The position numbers and the translations under genes were made by a program. From a virus (taxonomy: Duplodnaviria > Heunggongvirae > Uroviricota > Caudoviricetes): a stretch of DNA of 64,000 bases. Position 1 is the stretch's first letter; every line of letters begins with the position of its first letter. Shown piece by piece: positions 1 through 9,120 of this stretch. Location: the IMG/VR virus record IMGVR_UViG_3300042400_000593; one strand, written 5' to 3'. The notes below the pieces were generated by a model. The model ran no database searches and was not told the DNA's origin. It saw only the letters and a list, made by a program, of their open reading frames with translations.

Positions 1-468
1 GTCTTTGTGTTCTGGTTCGTTTTCTTCACCAGCTAAAAGTTGTTCAAATTCTGATTTTAATTCGTCTAATGCATCTTCTAAATCAAGAACGCGGTCTTCT
101 AGTTCGCTGTCGCTTTCTTCGTCGCCAAACTCGTCTCCGCCAAATTCGTCATCGCCACCGATGTCGTCATCGCTTTCTTCGTCGTCTGCACCAAATTCGT
201 CATCGCCTTCTTCGTCATCGCTGCCAAATTCGTCATCGCTTTCTTCGTCGTCTGCACCAAAGTTATCGGCTTCTTCATCATCGTCGCTTTCTTCATCATC
301 GTCGCCGAACGCTTCTTCAAATTCTTCTTCGGCTTCTTCAGATAATAAATTTTCATAAATTTCGCGAGATTTTGCTACTACAATATTGTGAAATATGTCT
401 TTTGCTGCTTCATGATCTTCATTGATCAATGCCTCAAGCATGGCTTCAAATTTTTTACGGTCAGTCAT
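1..468 (-). CDS. Highly acidic protein, putative prohead core/scaffold-like; truncated by the window edge and missing from the supplied ORF track
   Basis: Manual translation from ATG at 468 (SD CAGGAG at 480-475): MTDRKKFEAMLEALINEDHEAAKDIFHNIVVAKSREIYENLLSEEAEEEFEEAFGDD..., open to base 1, with D/E-rich repeats (GADDEESDDEF). It lies two genes downstream of the portal. Confidence 0.75.
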   Translation of the reverse strand, partial: MTDRKKFEAMLEALINEDHEAAKDIFHNIVVAKSREIYENLLSEEAEEEFEEAFGDDDEESDDDEEADNFGADDEESDDEFGSDDEEGDDEFGADDEESDDDIGGDDEFGGDEFGDEESDSELEDRVLDLEDALDELKSEFEQLLAGEENEPEHKD

Positions 469-510
469 GTTTATCTCCTGAATAGTTTCGTTTTCTACAA
501 GGCTGTCTTA

Positions 511-518
511 TATTTACA
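511..518 (-). promoter_or_regulatory. Late-promoter-like TGTAAATA inside an inverted repeat (TTTACACTA 513-521 / TAGTGTAAA 533-541)
   Basis: 43 nt upstream of the ATG at 468; resembles T4 late TATAAATA. A second copy (CATAAATA) is at 582-589. Confidence 0.5.
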
Positions 519-584
519 CTACTTATTAAAAATAGTGTAAAAACAGGGTCAAACCGGTGTTTTTTTTAATATTTTAAAATTTAT

Positions 585-821
585 TTATGCAGCAGGTGCT
601 GGTGTTGAATACATTGTGTTAATAAATTGTAATTCAACTTCTTGTTCTAAAATATGAGCTTCACTGCTCTTACGTAATTCGTTAATTTGCCTAAGTGACA
701 GTCTAGTTTTACGAGTATCTGAACGATGTAAACTTCCATTATCGTTATCAGCATCATATCGTAACTCACTTGCAACATGCCGAGTGTTAGGATCAATATA
801 AAAAAGTTCTCTTAATATCAT
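585..821 (-). CDS. Small hypothetical protein, probably head-associated (about 78 aa, likely start MILRELFY)
   Basis: ORF track 585..836. The internal ATG at 821 sits just downstream of GATAAATA (827-834). It lies between the portal and the acidic ORF. Confidence 0.7.
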   Translation of the reverse strand: MILRELFYIDPNTRHVASELRYDADNDNGSLHRSDTRKTRLSLRQINELRKSSEAHILEQEVELQFINTMYSTPAPAA

Positions 822-832
822 ATATCTATTTA

Positions 833-2581
833 TCACATTGGGGCTGCAGCACCGCCCATTGGTGCTGCTGGCGGCATACCTGAACCCATACCGCCCATAC
901 TTGCATCTAAATCCATCCCCATATCGGCAGGTGCAGAAAGATTTCCTGCCATTCCTAAATCGCCTTCCATCCCTGCGGCAGATAAACCTGCGCTACGAAG
1001 TTCTCCAGCAGCATCTGTATGTGTAGGTTGTCCTTTACCTTGCTCTTCGCCCCATAATCTTTCGTTTTCGGCTATTTCGTCTTCGTTTAAACCTAAGAAT
1101 CGTTTAAGGGCAAAGCGTTTACTCATATACGGAACTGTTTGAATAGTGTTAAATGTATTAATTCTTTCTGAATCTAATCCTGCTTGGCGTGCGCTTGCAA
1201 AATTTAAAGGAGGATTAAATGATAATTCAAATAAATTAGAGTCAATATTTGTTCCTCTTGAGTACATATACATTTTAAATTCGTCTGTAAACACTTCTGT
1301 AATTAAACTTTGTAATCGTTCGCAGTATTTGTTAAAGCGTAACTCTTGAATATATGCTGTACCAACACGTCCATCATTAAAACTTGCTTGACTATCGTCT
1401 GCACCTGTTGGCAAGTAACTACTTGGAATACGTAAACCACGGAATAATTTGTTTGTAAAGAATTTTAAGTCATCAATTTCGCCTAAATTAGTGCCACCTG
1501 GTAGGGTTTCGACTTTAGAACCACGACCTTCTGCAGTTTGAGGAAAGAAATAGTCTTCATTGATTGATAAAGGGTTGTACGCACTGTCAATTACATTCTG
1601 TCCGCCACCACTTTGACTTGGAATTCTACGCTGATGAATCTCATTTTTAACTCTTTCTACAAACGCCATGGCTAAATGACTCGGCATATTACCTACGTCA
1701 ATATGAAATACTCGTCTTTCTGGTGCTCGTTGTATACGATAAATTAAAATAGCATCTTCTAAAAGCTCTTTTTGTTTGTAAACTTTGAAAATATTCTCTA
1801 ATAAACTATTACCAAATGGGTAATTGTTATCTAAACCTTCAGAAAGTGATAAGTGAACAATGTGTTCAGCATTAATTGCGTGTTCGGTTTCAGCTAAACC
1901 AAATCTAGATCCGCTACTTGAACTAGGAAACGGCCCAGAAGACCCACGTTGAGCACCAGGTGCGCCCATATATCCTGCACCGGATGTCATACCTCCGCCT
2001 GCTTGTCTTGGATTAATGTTAGGTGTAATCTGCGTAACAACTAAGTTTTCAAAGTTAGGGGCTAAGTCTTTAATAATATATTGTTCTGGTTTCTTCCCAT
2101 CGCTTTCATTTGCAATGATTTTAATTATTTTACTGTTATCAATCCAGTTCCATTTTTGAGTTTCTGGGTCTCTAATAAAGAAAGCGTCACCGTATTTGAA
2201 TACATTACGAACAATACGGAAGATTTTGGTATCAAATTGCTGTAATTTATTCCATTGTTGTAAGTATTCGCCTAAAATTCGTATTTCTGAGTTAGTACCT
2301 TTGCTATTCCATCTAACAGTAAATGGACTTTTACCATCTTTTAGCTTTTGTGTACAAAATTCAGCAAGAATATCTAGTGCTGCATTAATTTCTGGATCAC
2401 TATCCATTACTTCATATTGCTGATAACGCTCTACACGGTTAGGACTACCTGTATAAACGTCAGGTAGGTAACTAGAATAGTTAGTTCTAGCTGGACCTGC
2501 TTTAGAATTTTGAGTTGTATTCGAAGAACGATTATGTTCATAGTTAACATCAACCGGTGAAAAGTGTTTTCGCCATGTCAT
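833..2581 (-). CDS. gp20: Portal protein (T4 gp20-like)
   Basis: gp20-type motifs: YEVMDSDPEINAALD, LEDAILIYRIQRAPERRVFHIDVGNMP, EDYFFPQTAEGRGSKVETLPGG, ELRFNKYCERLQ. Confidence 0.95.
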   Translation of the reverse strand: MTWRKHFSPVDVNYEHNRSSNTTQNSKAGPARTNYSSYLPDVYTGSPNRVERYQQYEVMDSDPEINAALDILAEFCTQKLKDGKSPFTVRWNSKGTNSEIRILGEYLQQWNKLQQFDTKIFRIVRNVFKYGDAFFIRDPETQKWNWIDNSKIIKIIANESDGKKPEQYIIKDLAPNFENLVVTQITPNINPRQAGGGMTSGAGYMGAPGAQRGSSGPFPSSSSGSRFGLAETEHAINAEHIVHLSLSEGLDNNYPFGNSLLENIFKVYKQKELLEDAILIYRIQRAPERRVFHIDVGNMPSHLAMAFVERVKNEIHQRRIPSQSGGGQNVIDSAYNPLSINEDYFFPQTAEGRGSKVETLPGGTNLGEIDDLKFFTNKLFRGLRIPSSYLPTGADDSQASFNDGRVGTAYIQELRFNKYCERLQSLITEVFTDEFKMYMYSRGTNIDSNLFELSFNPPLNFASARQAGLDSERINTFNTIQTVPYMSKRFALKRFLGLNEDEIAENERLWGEEQGKGQPTHTDAAGELRSAGLSAAGMEGDLGMAGNLSAPADMGMDLDASMGGMGSGMPPAAPMGGAAAPM

Positions 2582-2604
2582 ATATATTTTCCTTTGTTTT
2601 TATC

Positions 2605-5600
2605 TTATCCCAACAAATTACCCGATAAACTTTTAGTTGCTCTAACTTGTTTATGACTATTACTGCTAATAGTATCGGCATGTTGAACCATCTGTATCAT
2701 AGTCTTATTTAACTGTAATAGTGAATCATGTAAATCTTTTAATGTTGTCTCGTGTGCTACCGGTGCAGGTGTTGCAGGTGGCGGCGTAACTGGTTTTTCT
2801 GGTTCTGGTTGTTTAACAGGTTGTGTAGGTTTAGGTGGTTCTACATCTTTCTTTGTTAATACTGCATGATCTGATTTTACGTCTTTAATTGATGCATGCG
2901 ATTGTTTTACTTCTGCTGAAACTCTAGAATTATAGTCATTAAACGTTTCTAATCCAAACTTTTTGTACATTTCTTTAATATGCGCTTGCTCTTTTGTTTC
3001 TGCAGGCTTCTTAAGTTCAGGTTTAGGAGGTTCAACTTTAGAGTTATCGTTAATATTAGCAGGTTCTGCAGGTTTTTCACTTTCGACTTTAGGTTTTTGT
3101 TTGTAATAACTTGAATGTTGTCTATTAAGCTCTGCAATACGAGCTGCAGTTGCTTCTGGACTATGATCTATTTTACCTATTCCTTCTTGAGACCGTTTTT
3201 CTGAAGCAGCTAGTTCTTCTGGTGAAATTTCTTCGTATTTTACATTACCTTTAGCAAATGATGGCTTGTTATCACTCTTAAATAATCCAGATATAGACGA
3301 ACCTACATCACTAAACGTGTCTGTTATACTATCAAAGAACCCTTTTTCTTTAGGTTCTTCTTTAGTTGGTTCATACCTTATAGCAGTATCTTCTAATTTT
3401 GGAATACTTGCAGGTTTAATAGTAGCATCTAACGATTTAAAAGAACTTCCAAGCTGATTACTTAATTCTTCAAATGCTTTAGGTTTAACATCAGGTTTTA
3501 TACTTTCAGTGGACGGTAGTTCTTTTTTAGATCCACTGCTATAAATCACCATTTCTTTCTCAGCAGTTGTCATTTCTTTAATAGACTTATCAGTTACTTT
3601 AGATTTATCAGTTTTTTCAGGTTCTTTTGCACCGTGCTCCTTCATAAACTTCTTTTCGGCTTCTAATGCTTGCGCAACTTGGTTTGCATGAGCTTCTTGA
3701 GCGGTTTTATTTTTAATTTCAGCATGTTTAGCTTCTTCTTCAGCATGAAGTTTTAATTTACCTTTAGTTTTGATTAAATCATCTTCGTAACTGAGTGCTA
3801 TTTTTGCAACTTCTTCTTTTTTCTTAGCTAAACGTTCTGCAGCTTCGGCATTTGGCTTAGTATTAGCTGCTTTCATTTGTTCGTAGTCAAAAGATGCGTT
3901 TTCTAATGCTTCTCTTTTCTTTTGTAACGCCATTCTTGCAGCAGATGGGCCTAATTTGTCTTCAGCAGCTTTACCTGAGTCACTAAGATCCATCTGTGAC
4001 ATACCAATTTTAGAAATATCACCAGAATTCATTGATTGTTTAAACTTAGCTAAGTTTATTAAGCTTTCGTCTAACTTTGAAACATCTGGAGCTTTAGGTT
4101 TAGGTAGTGGAGCAATTGTAGTTTTAGGTTTTTCAGCATTTGCTATTTTAACTTCAGTTAATGACCCTGATACTGCTTTGCCTAGGTGTTCAAAATTCTG
4201 ATGTAATGCAGTAATAGCCGATTCTTCTAGAGACTTAGGTAGTTTAATTGCATCTAGATTAGGAGTAGTAATTTTTGGTGGTTCTTTAGGGGTAGCTGGT
4301 TTAATAAGTTTGTTAAATTGTTCTCCTAATTGTGCAATAGATTGTTGTTCTACAAACTTAAATTGATTTTCAGCTGGTTTTACTTCTGCTTTAGGTGGCT
4401 CAGCAGGTTTTACTTCAGCTTTAACCTCTGCTTTAGGTGGCTCAGCAGGTTTTACTTCGGCTTTAACCTCTGCTTTAGGTGGCTCAGCAGGTTTTACTTC
4501 GGCTGGCTTAGTTTGAGGAGTTGCTTTTTCAATTGCTTTAGTAACAGTTTCGTGCATTTCTTTTGCTTGTGGAGCAAATGTAATATTTTTAAATTTTTCA
4601 GCAATATCAGTAAACTGTTTAGCAACATTTTTCATTTCAGTATTAATATCTGTAAATGTTTTACCTAATTCAGTTAATTGCGGAGCAGCAGGTACTGTTT
4701 CCGATGTGGTTGTAGGAATTTTAATATCAGTAGTACTTGGAGATGGTGTTTTTGCTTGTTTTTGATCAGCTGATGCTACACCAGGTGGCATCATTTGCTG
4801 TACAAACCGTTTCATTTGATCTTCATTAGCTACAATTTCGTTACCATGAAGTTCTGCAAGCTCACCTTTTGGATCAAAGTGCGTAAACATGTCTTTAAAT
4901 CCGCCACCACCTGATAAGAATTTTTCAAAGTCAGGAGTTCCGTCAGCAAAATGATACTTAACTGGAGATGCACCTGTTTGTTCTGGAGTTAATGTTGGAG
5001 TGTTTTTATGTGCTTCAATAGCTTTTTGATGAGCAGTAGATAACGGAAGTGATGCTTTAAATCCATCAGTAATTTCCTTAGCCATGTTACCAGGTGTAGC
5101 TTGTTCCTGTGTTCTAGGTCTAAGTGCATTATTAATACCATCAAAAGTTCCAATTAGTTTATTACCACTGTCAACTAGCCCACCAAACATTTTAGATGCA
5201 CCTGCAGACATGTCTTTTAATGTGCGATCGGCTTTGTTTAGTGTAGTATCAAGCTCTGCACCTTTAAATTTTTCACCTTTTTCGTCTAATCCTTTTTGTG
5301 CATTATGAGCTTCTTCACGAATCATTCGTCTAGCAGTAGCTTCGTCGATATTATTACCTTTATTTCTCTCTTCATCAATTTTTGTTTGAATCTGAGGTAA
5401 TTCTCTATTGTTTGTTTGTGCTTCGATTGCTCGTTGTGTAACACCGCCTGAGCCATATTGCACCATATCTTTAAAGCCATCAGAATTTTGCCATCTATCA
5501 ACAGCTTCTAATGCTTTTTGCATTTGGATCTGTGCTGCAGCTTTTTGTTCTGGAGTGTTTGCAGATTTCATTGCTTCTGCAGCTTTTTGCAATTCTGGAC

Positions 5601-6540
5601 CAGCGTCGCCCATTGCAGCCATAGATTCTGCGCCTTCTTTAGTACGCAAACCGCCTGTGAACGTTTCTTGGAATACTCGTTTAGCAGCTTCTGGCATGCC
5701 TGCCATGTCTTGCATGGATTCATTAAATCTATTACGAGCATCTTTGTCTAATCTTGATAATGCAACTTGGACAACTGCATCTTCATTACGTTTTCTTAAA
5801 TCATCTTCTTGCGCTTTCCTACTTAAACCAGTTATTCGAGTAGTTTCATCCATTGCTGCGGTCATTCGAATAGCAGAATCGATTGCAGCATTTTTAGATT
5901 CAATATCTGACATGTCAATACCGCGTTGACTGCCCATTGCTGCTTTAGCTACCTCAGTAACGTCTTCAGTTTGAAGTCCAAATTCTTTTAATTTGTCAAC
6001 TACATCAGATTCTTGTAAACCTTTAGTAAATTCTAAGAAGTTTACTTGTGATCGGTTCATAGTTGAACCTAAACCATTTAGTTCAGTTGCATTTCTTTTA
6101 AGAATATCACCGTATTCTTCATGTGTTAACCTTGCACCTTTAACTAACCGATCCATGTCAGCTAAATTATTATTAAAGTTAGATCCGTATTCACCAAATT
6201 CAGTATTCTTTTTATGTGCATCAAGTACAGAGTCGCCAACTTTTTTGGTTAAATCACCTAAAGTTTTACCTAACAAGCCCCCATTGTTCTGTAATGCACC
6301 GGTAAGTACATGAAATCCGTCTGCTACTTTTGCACTACCTTCCCATACATTTTTAAGAGCACCGGTTGTTGCGCCTACCATGTCTACAAATCTATCAACT
6401 ACGCCTGAGCCAGAGTTTGAACCTTGCGAGATTGGTGTTCGAGGTGCAGAGCTAATTCCGCCACTACCGCCTCGACCGTTAAGTTGTCTAGTAAGTCCTT
6501 CTATCGCTTCAGTAAGTCGTTCTGTTTCTGTTTGAGCCAT
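2605..6540 (-). CDS. Tape-measure-like protein with a long low-complexity C-terminal half
   Basis: 1311 aa. The N-terminal ~500 aa are helical and Ala/Gln/Glu-rich, followed by an FADG...ELHGNE motif seen in tape-measure C-terminal regions. It is adjacent to the hub/chaperone-like genes. Confidence 0.65.
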   Translation of the reverse strand: MAQTETERLTEAIEGLTRQLNGRGGSGGISSAPRTPISQGSNSGSGVVDRFVDMVGATTGALKNVWEGSAKVADGFHVLTGALQNNGGLLGKTLGDLTKKVGDSVLDAHKKNTEFGEYGSNFNNNLADMDRLVKGARLTHEEYGDILKRNATELNGLGSTMNRSQVNFLEFTKGLQESDVVDKLKEFGLQTEDVTEVAKAAMGSQRGIDMSDIESKNAAIDSAIRMTAAMDETTRITGLSRKAQEDDLRKRNEDAVVQVALSRLDKDARNRFNESMQDMAGMPEAAKRVFQETFTGGLRTKEGAESMAAMGDAGPELQKAAEAMKSANTPEQKAAAQIQMQKALEAVDRWQNSDGFKDMVQYGSGGVTQRAIEAQTNNRELPQIQTKIDEERNKGNNIDEATARRMIREEAHNAQKGLDEKGEKFKGAELDTTLNKADRTLKDMSAGASKMFGGLVDSGNKLIGTFDGINNALRPRTQEQATPGNMAKEITDGFKASLPLSTAHQKAIEAHKNTPTLTPEQTGASPVKYHFADGTPDFEKFLSGGGGFKDMFTHFDPKGELAELHGNEIVANEDQMKRFVQQMMPPGVASADQKQAKTPSPSTTDIKIPTTTSETVPAAPQLTELGKTFTDINTEMKNVAKQFTDIAEKFKNITFAPQAKEMHETVTKAIEKATPQTKPAEVKPAEPPKAEVKAEVKPAEPPKAEVKAEVKPAEPPKAEVKPAENQFKFVEQQSIAQLGEQFNKLIKPATPKEPPKITTPNLDAIKLPKSLEESAITALHQNFEHLGKAVSGSLTEVKIANAEKPKTTIAPLPKPKAPDVSKLDESLINLAKFKQSMNSGDISKIGMSQMDLSDSGKAAEDKLGPSAARMALQKKREALENASFDYEQMKAANTKPNAEAAERLAKKKEEVAKIALSYEDDLIKTKGKLKLHAEEEAKHAEIKNKTAQEAHANQVAQALEAEKKFMKEHGAKEPEKTDKSKVTDKSIKEMTTAEKEMVIYSSGSKKELPSTESIKPDVKPKAFEELSNQLGSSFKSLDATIKPASIPKLEDTAIRYEPTKEEPKEKGFFDSITDTFSDVGSSISGLFKSDNKPSFAKGNVKYEEISPEELAASEKRSQEGIGKIDHSPEATAARIAELNRQHSSYYKQKPKVESEKPAEPANINDNSKVEPPKPELKKPAETKEQAHIKEMYKKFGLETFNDYNSRVSAEVKQSHASIKDVKSDHAVLTKKDVEPPKPTQPVKQPEPEKPVTPPPATPAPVAHETTLKDLHDSLLQLNKTMIQMVQHADTISSNSHKQVRATKSLSGNLLG
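4381..4505. repeat. 42-bp tandem repeat, about 3 copies, encoding KPAEPPKAEVKAEV
   Basis: The unit ctctgctttaggtggctcagcaggttttacttc(a/g)gctttaac is visibly repeated. Confidence 0.9.
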
Positions 6541-6565
6541 TTTAAAATTCCTAAAATTTTGAGTA

Positions 6566-6593
6566 TATAAATACGGTTAATTATATATTTATC
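6566..6593. promoter_or_regulatory. Pair of opposite late-type promoters between divergent genes: TATAAATA (+, 6566-6573) and GATAAATA (-, 6593-6586)
   Basis: Exact T4 late consensus on the plus strand and a one-mismatch copy on the minus strand, within the 64-nt gap between genes 6540(-) and 6605(+). Confidence 0.75.
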
Positions 6594-6604
6594 CGGAGAT
6601 AAAC

Positions 6605-7429
6605 ATGGCACAAAATCCTTTACAACAATATTACAGACAACCAAAAATTTATATTCCATTGCCTTCAGGCGGCATTTATAATAAACTTGGAAGTTTATCA
6701 GGTGATGCAACCCACATGCCAATTTATAGCATGACTGGTATGGATGAAATTATTGTTAAAACACCTGATGCATTAGTATCGGGGAAAAGTACAGTATCGA
6801 TTATTGAAAGCTGTTGCCCAAATGTTAAAAACGGTTGGGAAGTAACATCATTAGATACTGATTTATTGTTAGTTGCAATTCGTATTGCAACATTTGGGAA
6901 TATTTTAGAAATTACAAATGTATGTGATAAATGTGGAACAGAACACGACTACGATGTAGACTTAACTACAGTAGTTAATCATTTTGCACAGTGCAAATAT
7001 GATAGTGTTATTGAGTATAATGGATTGATTATTAAATTACAACCGTTAACTTATAAACAAACTACTGATTTTTCAATTCGTAACATGCGTTTACAGCAAC
7101 ACTTATCAGCAGCTGCAGCTCAATCAGCTGATGAACAGAAAAAGATTATTGAGGAGTTATTTAAAGACTTAGGCGCATTACAAAACGACATTTATTCTGC
7201 TAGTGTTGAGTCAGTTGATACTGGAACAGTTGTTGTAACCGAACCTAATTTTATTTACGATTGGTTAACAAACTGCGACAAAGATGTATTTGATAAAATC
7301 CGCGAGCAATTTAATAAAAATAAAGACGTTTGGAGAGTTCCAGATGTTAAAGTTAAATGTTCGTCATGTGGTCACGCTGCTGAATTGTCAATCGATTTAG
7401 ATCAATCAAATTTTTTCGCAGCCGCCTAA
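6605..7429 (+). CDS. Baseplate hub assembly protein / tail assembly chaperone (T4 gp26-like)
   Basis: NPLQQYYRQPKIYIPLPSGG start, TSLDTDLLLVAIRIATFG, CDKC and CSSC Cys pairs. SD GGAG precedes the ATG. Confidence 0.7.
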   Translation: MAQNPLQQYYRQPKIYIPLPSGGIYNKLGSLSGDATHMPIYSMTGMDEIIVKTPDALVSGKSTVSIIESCCPNVKNGWEVTSLDTDLLLVAIRIATFGNILEITNVCDKCGTEHDYDVDLTTVVNHFAQCKYDSVIEYNGLIIKLQPLTYKQTTDFSIRNMRLQQHLSAAAAQSADEQKKIIEELFKDLGALQNDIYSASVESVDTGTVVVTEPNFIYDWLTNCDKDVFDKIREQFNKNKDVWRVPDVKVKCSSCGHAAELSIDLDQSNFFAAA

Positions 7430-7471
7430 TTAGAATGTCATATAACGAAATTGTTAATTATCTAGTTAGGC
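7411..7471 (+). promoter_or_regulatory. Candidate -1 programmed ribosomal frameshift signal
   Basis: Slippery T_TTT_TTC (7411-7417), a 6-nt spacer, and an 11-bp stem (GCCTAATTAGA 7424-7434 / TCTAGTTAGGC 7461-7471). The -1 frame is open into ORF 7435. Confidence 0.75.
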
Positions 7472-7650
7472 TTGTAAACGAAATTAAACAATTTAAACTT
7501 GAACTTTATAGGTTATGTTGGTATATGCGAGGTGGTGTTAATATTAACGATCTTCTGTATACTCTAGGATCAGAAGATCGCGATATTATGTATGATATTG
7601 TTAAAGACAACATTGAATTAACTAAAGTATCAAGGATGCCGCTACTTTAA
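7435..7650 (+). CDS. Small gp51-like / gpT-like helical domain, probably expressed as a -1 frameshift extension of 6605..7429
   Basis: LCWYMRGG...EDRDIMYDIVKDNIE motif. No SD before the ATG; in the -1 frame relative to the upstream ORF. Confidence 0.7.
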   Translation: MSYNEIVNYLVRLVNEIKQFKLELYRLCWYMRGGVNINDLLYTLGSEDRDIMYDIVKDNIELTKVSRMPLL

Positions 7651-8490
7651 GTGCAATTGGCCATCTGGACCTCTTACAACTCTATCTAAAGAAGTATACG
7701 CACTATCATCTGTTGATGCTACAATTTGTTTCATTTGAGATGGGTCGAGTTTTTTCTTTGGAGGTTCAGTTGGTGTTTTCGGTTTAATAGTCCATGGATC
7801 GTTTGGATCTGTTGCAGACGGATCAACTGCATCGTTTGTAGATGGTTTTGCATTTGGGTCTGCAGGAGTAGTTATATCATGATAACCTTGTTCTACATGT
7901 TGTTTTGCCCATTCAAATCCTTTCTTAAACATTTCAATTATATCTGATCCGTAACCAGGAATATCTTCCATGTGTATGTTTATTAGTGGACTTGCTAATA
8001 AATTTGCGATAGCAATTCTTCCTGCATCTGATGATAACCATAACATAGCAGCAGATTGTACAGCTGGCCCTAGGACTTTAAATAATCTTCCAATTAATGG
8101 ACCTATTATAGGTATAAATCCAAATAGCTCAGATAATAAAAATATACCAACTTCGCCCATGGATAATGTTCCAGCAATTGCTGCTAATTCGGTAATTAAG
8201 TAACCACGTTCTATCTGTCTTCTTTGTTCAAGCTCATCTGGTTTATCTTTTAATTTACTTTCCCATTGTTCCATATTTAAAAAATAATCAGCAATTGGTT
8301 TAACAAAGATCACACTGTATGTTGATTTTTTTAACAGGTTCATGTATCTATCAACTGTGCTAAGTGCAGATCCTGTTCCGGTTGCATTCCTTAAACGACT
8401 TGCTCCAGCTGCTAATGCGCTATCGAGTGATTGACCAAATGTAGGTGCTTCATAAAGATTTGCTGGTGTTATAATTTCTCGAATTTTCAT
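7642..8490 (-). CDS. Hypothetical protein with a hydrophobic central segment
   Basis: 282-aa ORF starting MKIREII; hydrophobic stretch LAAIAG...IFLLSELFGFIPIIGPLIG; late motif AATAAATA at 8534-8527. Confidence 0.75.
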   Translation of the reverse strand: MKIREIITPANLYEAPTFGQSLDSALAAGASRLRNATGTGSALSTVDRYMNLLKKSTYSVIFVKPIADYFLNMEQWESKLKDKPDELEQRRQIERGYLITELAAIAGTLSMGEVGIFLLSELFGFIPIIGPLIGRLFKVLGPAVQSAAMLWLSSDAGRIAIANLLASPLINIHMEDIPGYGSDIIEMFKKGFEWAKQHVEQGYHDITTPADPNAKPSTNDAVDPSATDPNDPWTIKPKTPTEPPKKKLDPSQMKQIVASTDDSAYTSLDRVVRGPDGQLHLK

Positions 8491-8554
8491 AATATTCCTT
8501 TCAGGATATCCCTTATATAATATGAATATTTATTAAAAAATAAATCTCATATTA

Positions 8555-9120
8555 AAAGATGAACTATCGTTCATCTATATTTCGCTTTCGCTCAATATTG
8601 TTTTCTCTAAAAGCTATAATGAAAAAAATTAAATTATAACTGAAATATTATAATTTAATTATTTTATTTAAAGAGATATCACTTTTGAAGTCAGATGCAC
8701 CCTAATAAAACTGGATGCAAGAAATCACCCCATCGCCATGGAATCGCAGTAAGAATTTATCTGACTGTAGACTCTTGTTATCGGCTACCTCCCAACCGCC
8801 ACTTACAGGTATTTTTAAGATATAACTTTCAGGTGCTTCGTATATCATTGCAAGATTGTTACTATTACTAGTATTCTACAGATTTAAGAACTATGTATTC
8901 TGTTTCAAATACAGCTAGTCCACCATTCCGATTAAACAAAGCATTGACATCAATGGATGTTGCTTTTGGCATCCTCTCGCGTGAGGGTAGTGTTTAAAAG
9001 CCGTTGCACAATCAACGGTTTGAGCAGCGGTTCTCCTTCCAGAACTTAACTCAGCAGTATTACAAACTGGCCTGCCAACCTTATGTTAGTGTTAAAATAA
9101 AAGTGTTTTGTGTGTTTTGT
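8555..9120 (-). ncRNA. Candidate structured non-coding RNA (family not recognised; strand tentative)
   Basis: No ORF of 60 aa or more in 8491-9162. Numerous hairpins, a GC-GAAA-GC tetraloop on the minus strand, and TGTAAATA at 9132-9125 pointing into the region. Confidence 0.4.

Noticed and set aside
5-425. Plus-strand Ser-rich and Arg/His-rich ORFs, and the 85-aa minus ORF 99..356
   Set aside because: They are shadow frames of the acidic minus-strand gene starting at 468, which has the SD and promoter.
8705-8835. Group I intron-like words (ATGCAAGAAA, AATCGCAG, AGACTC, AAGATATAAC) in the non-coding region
   Set aside because: The would-be P7 strands do not pair and there is no interrupted host gene, so it is kept only as an unclassified structured region.
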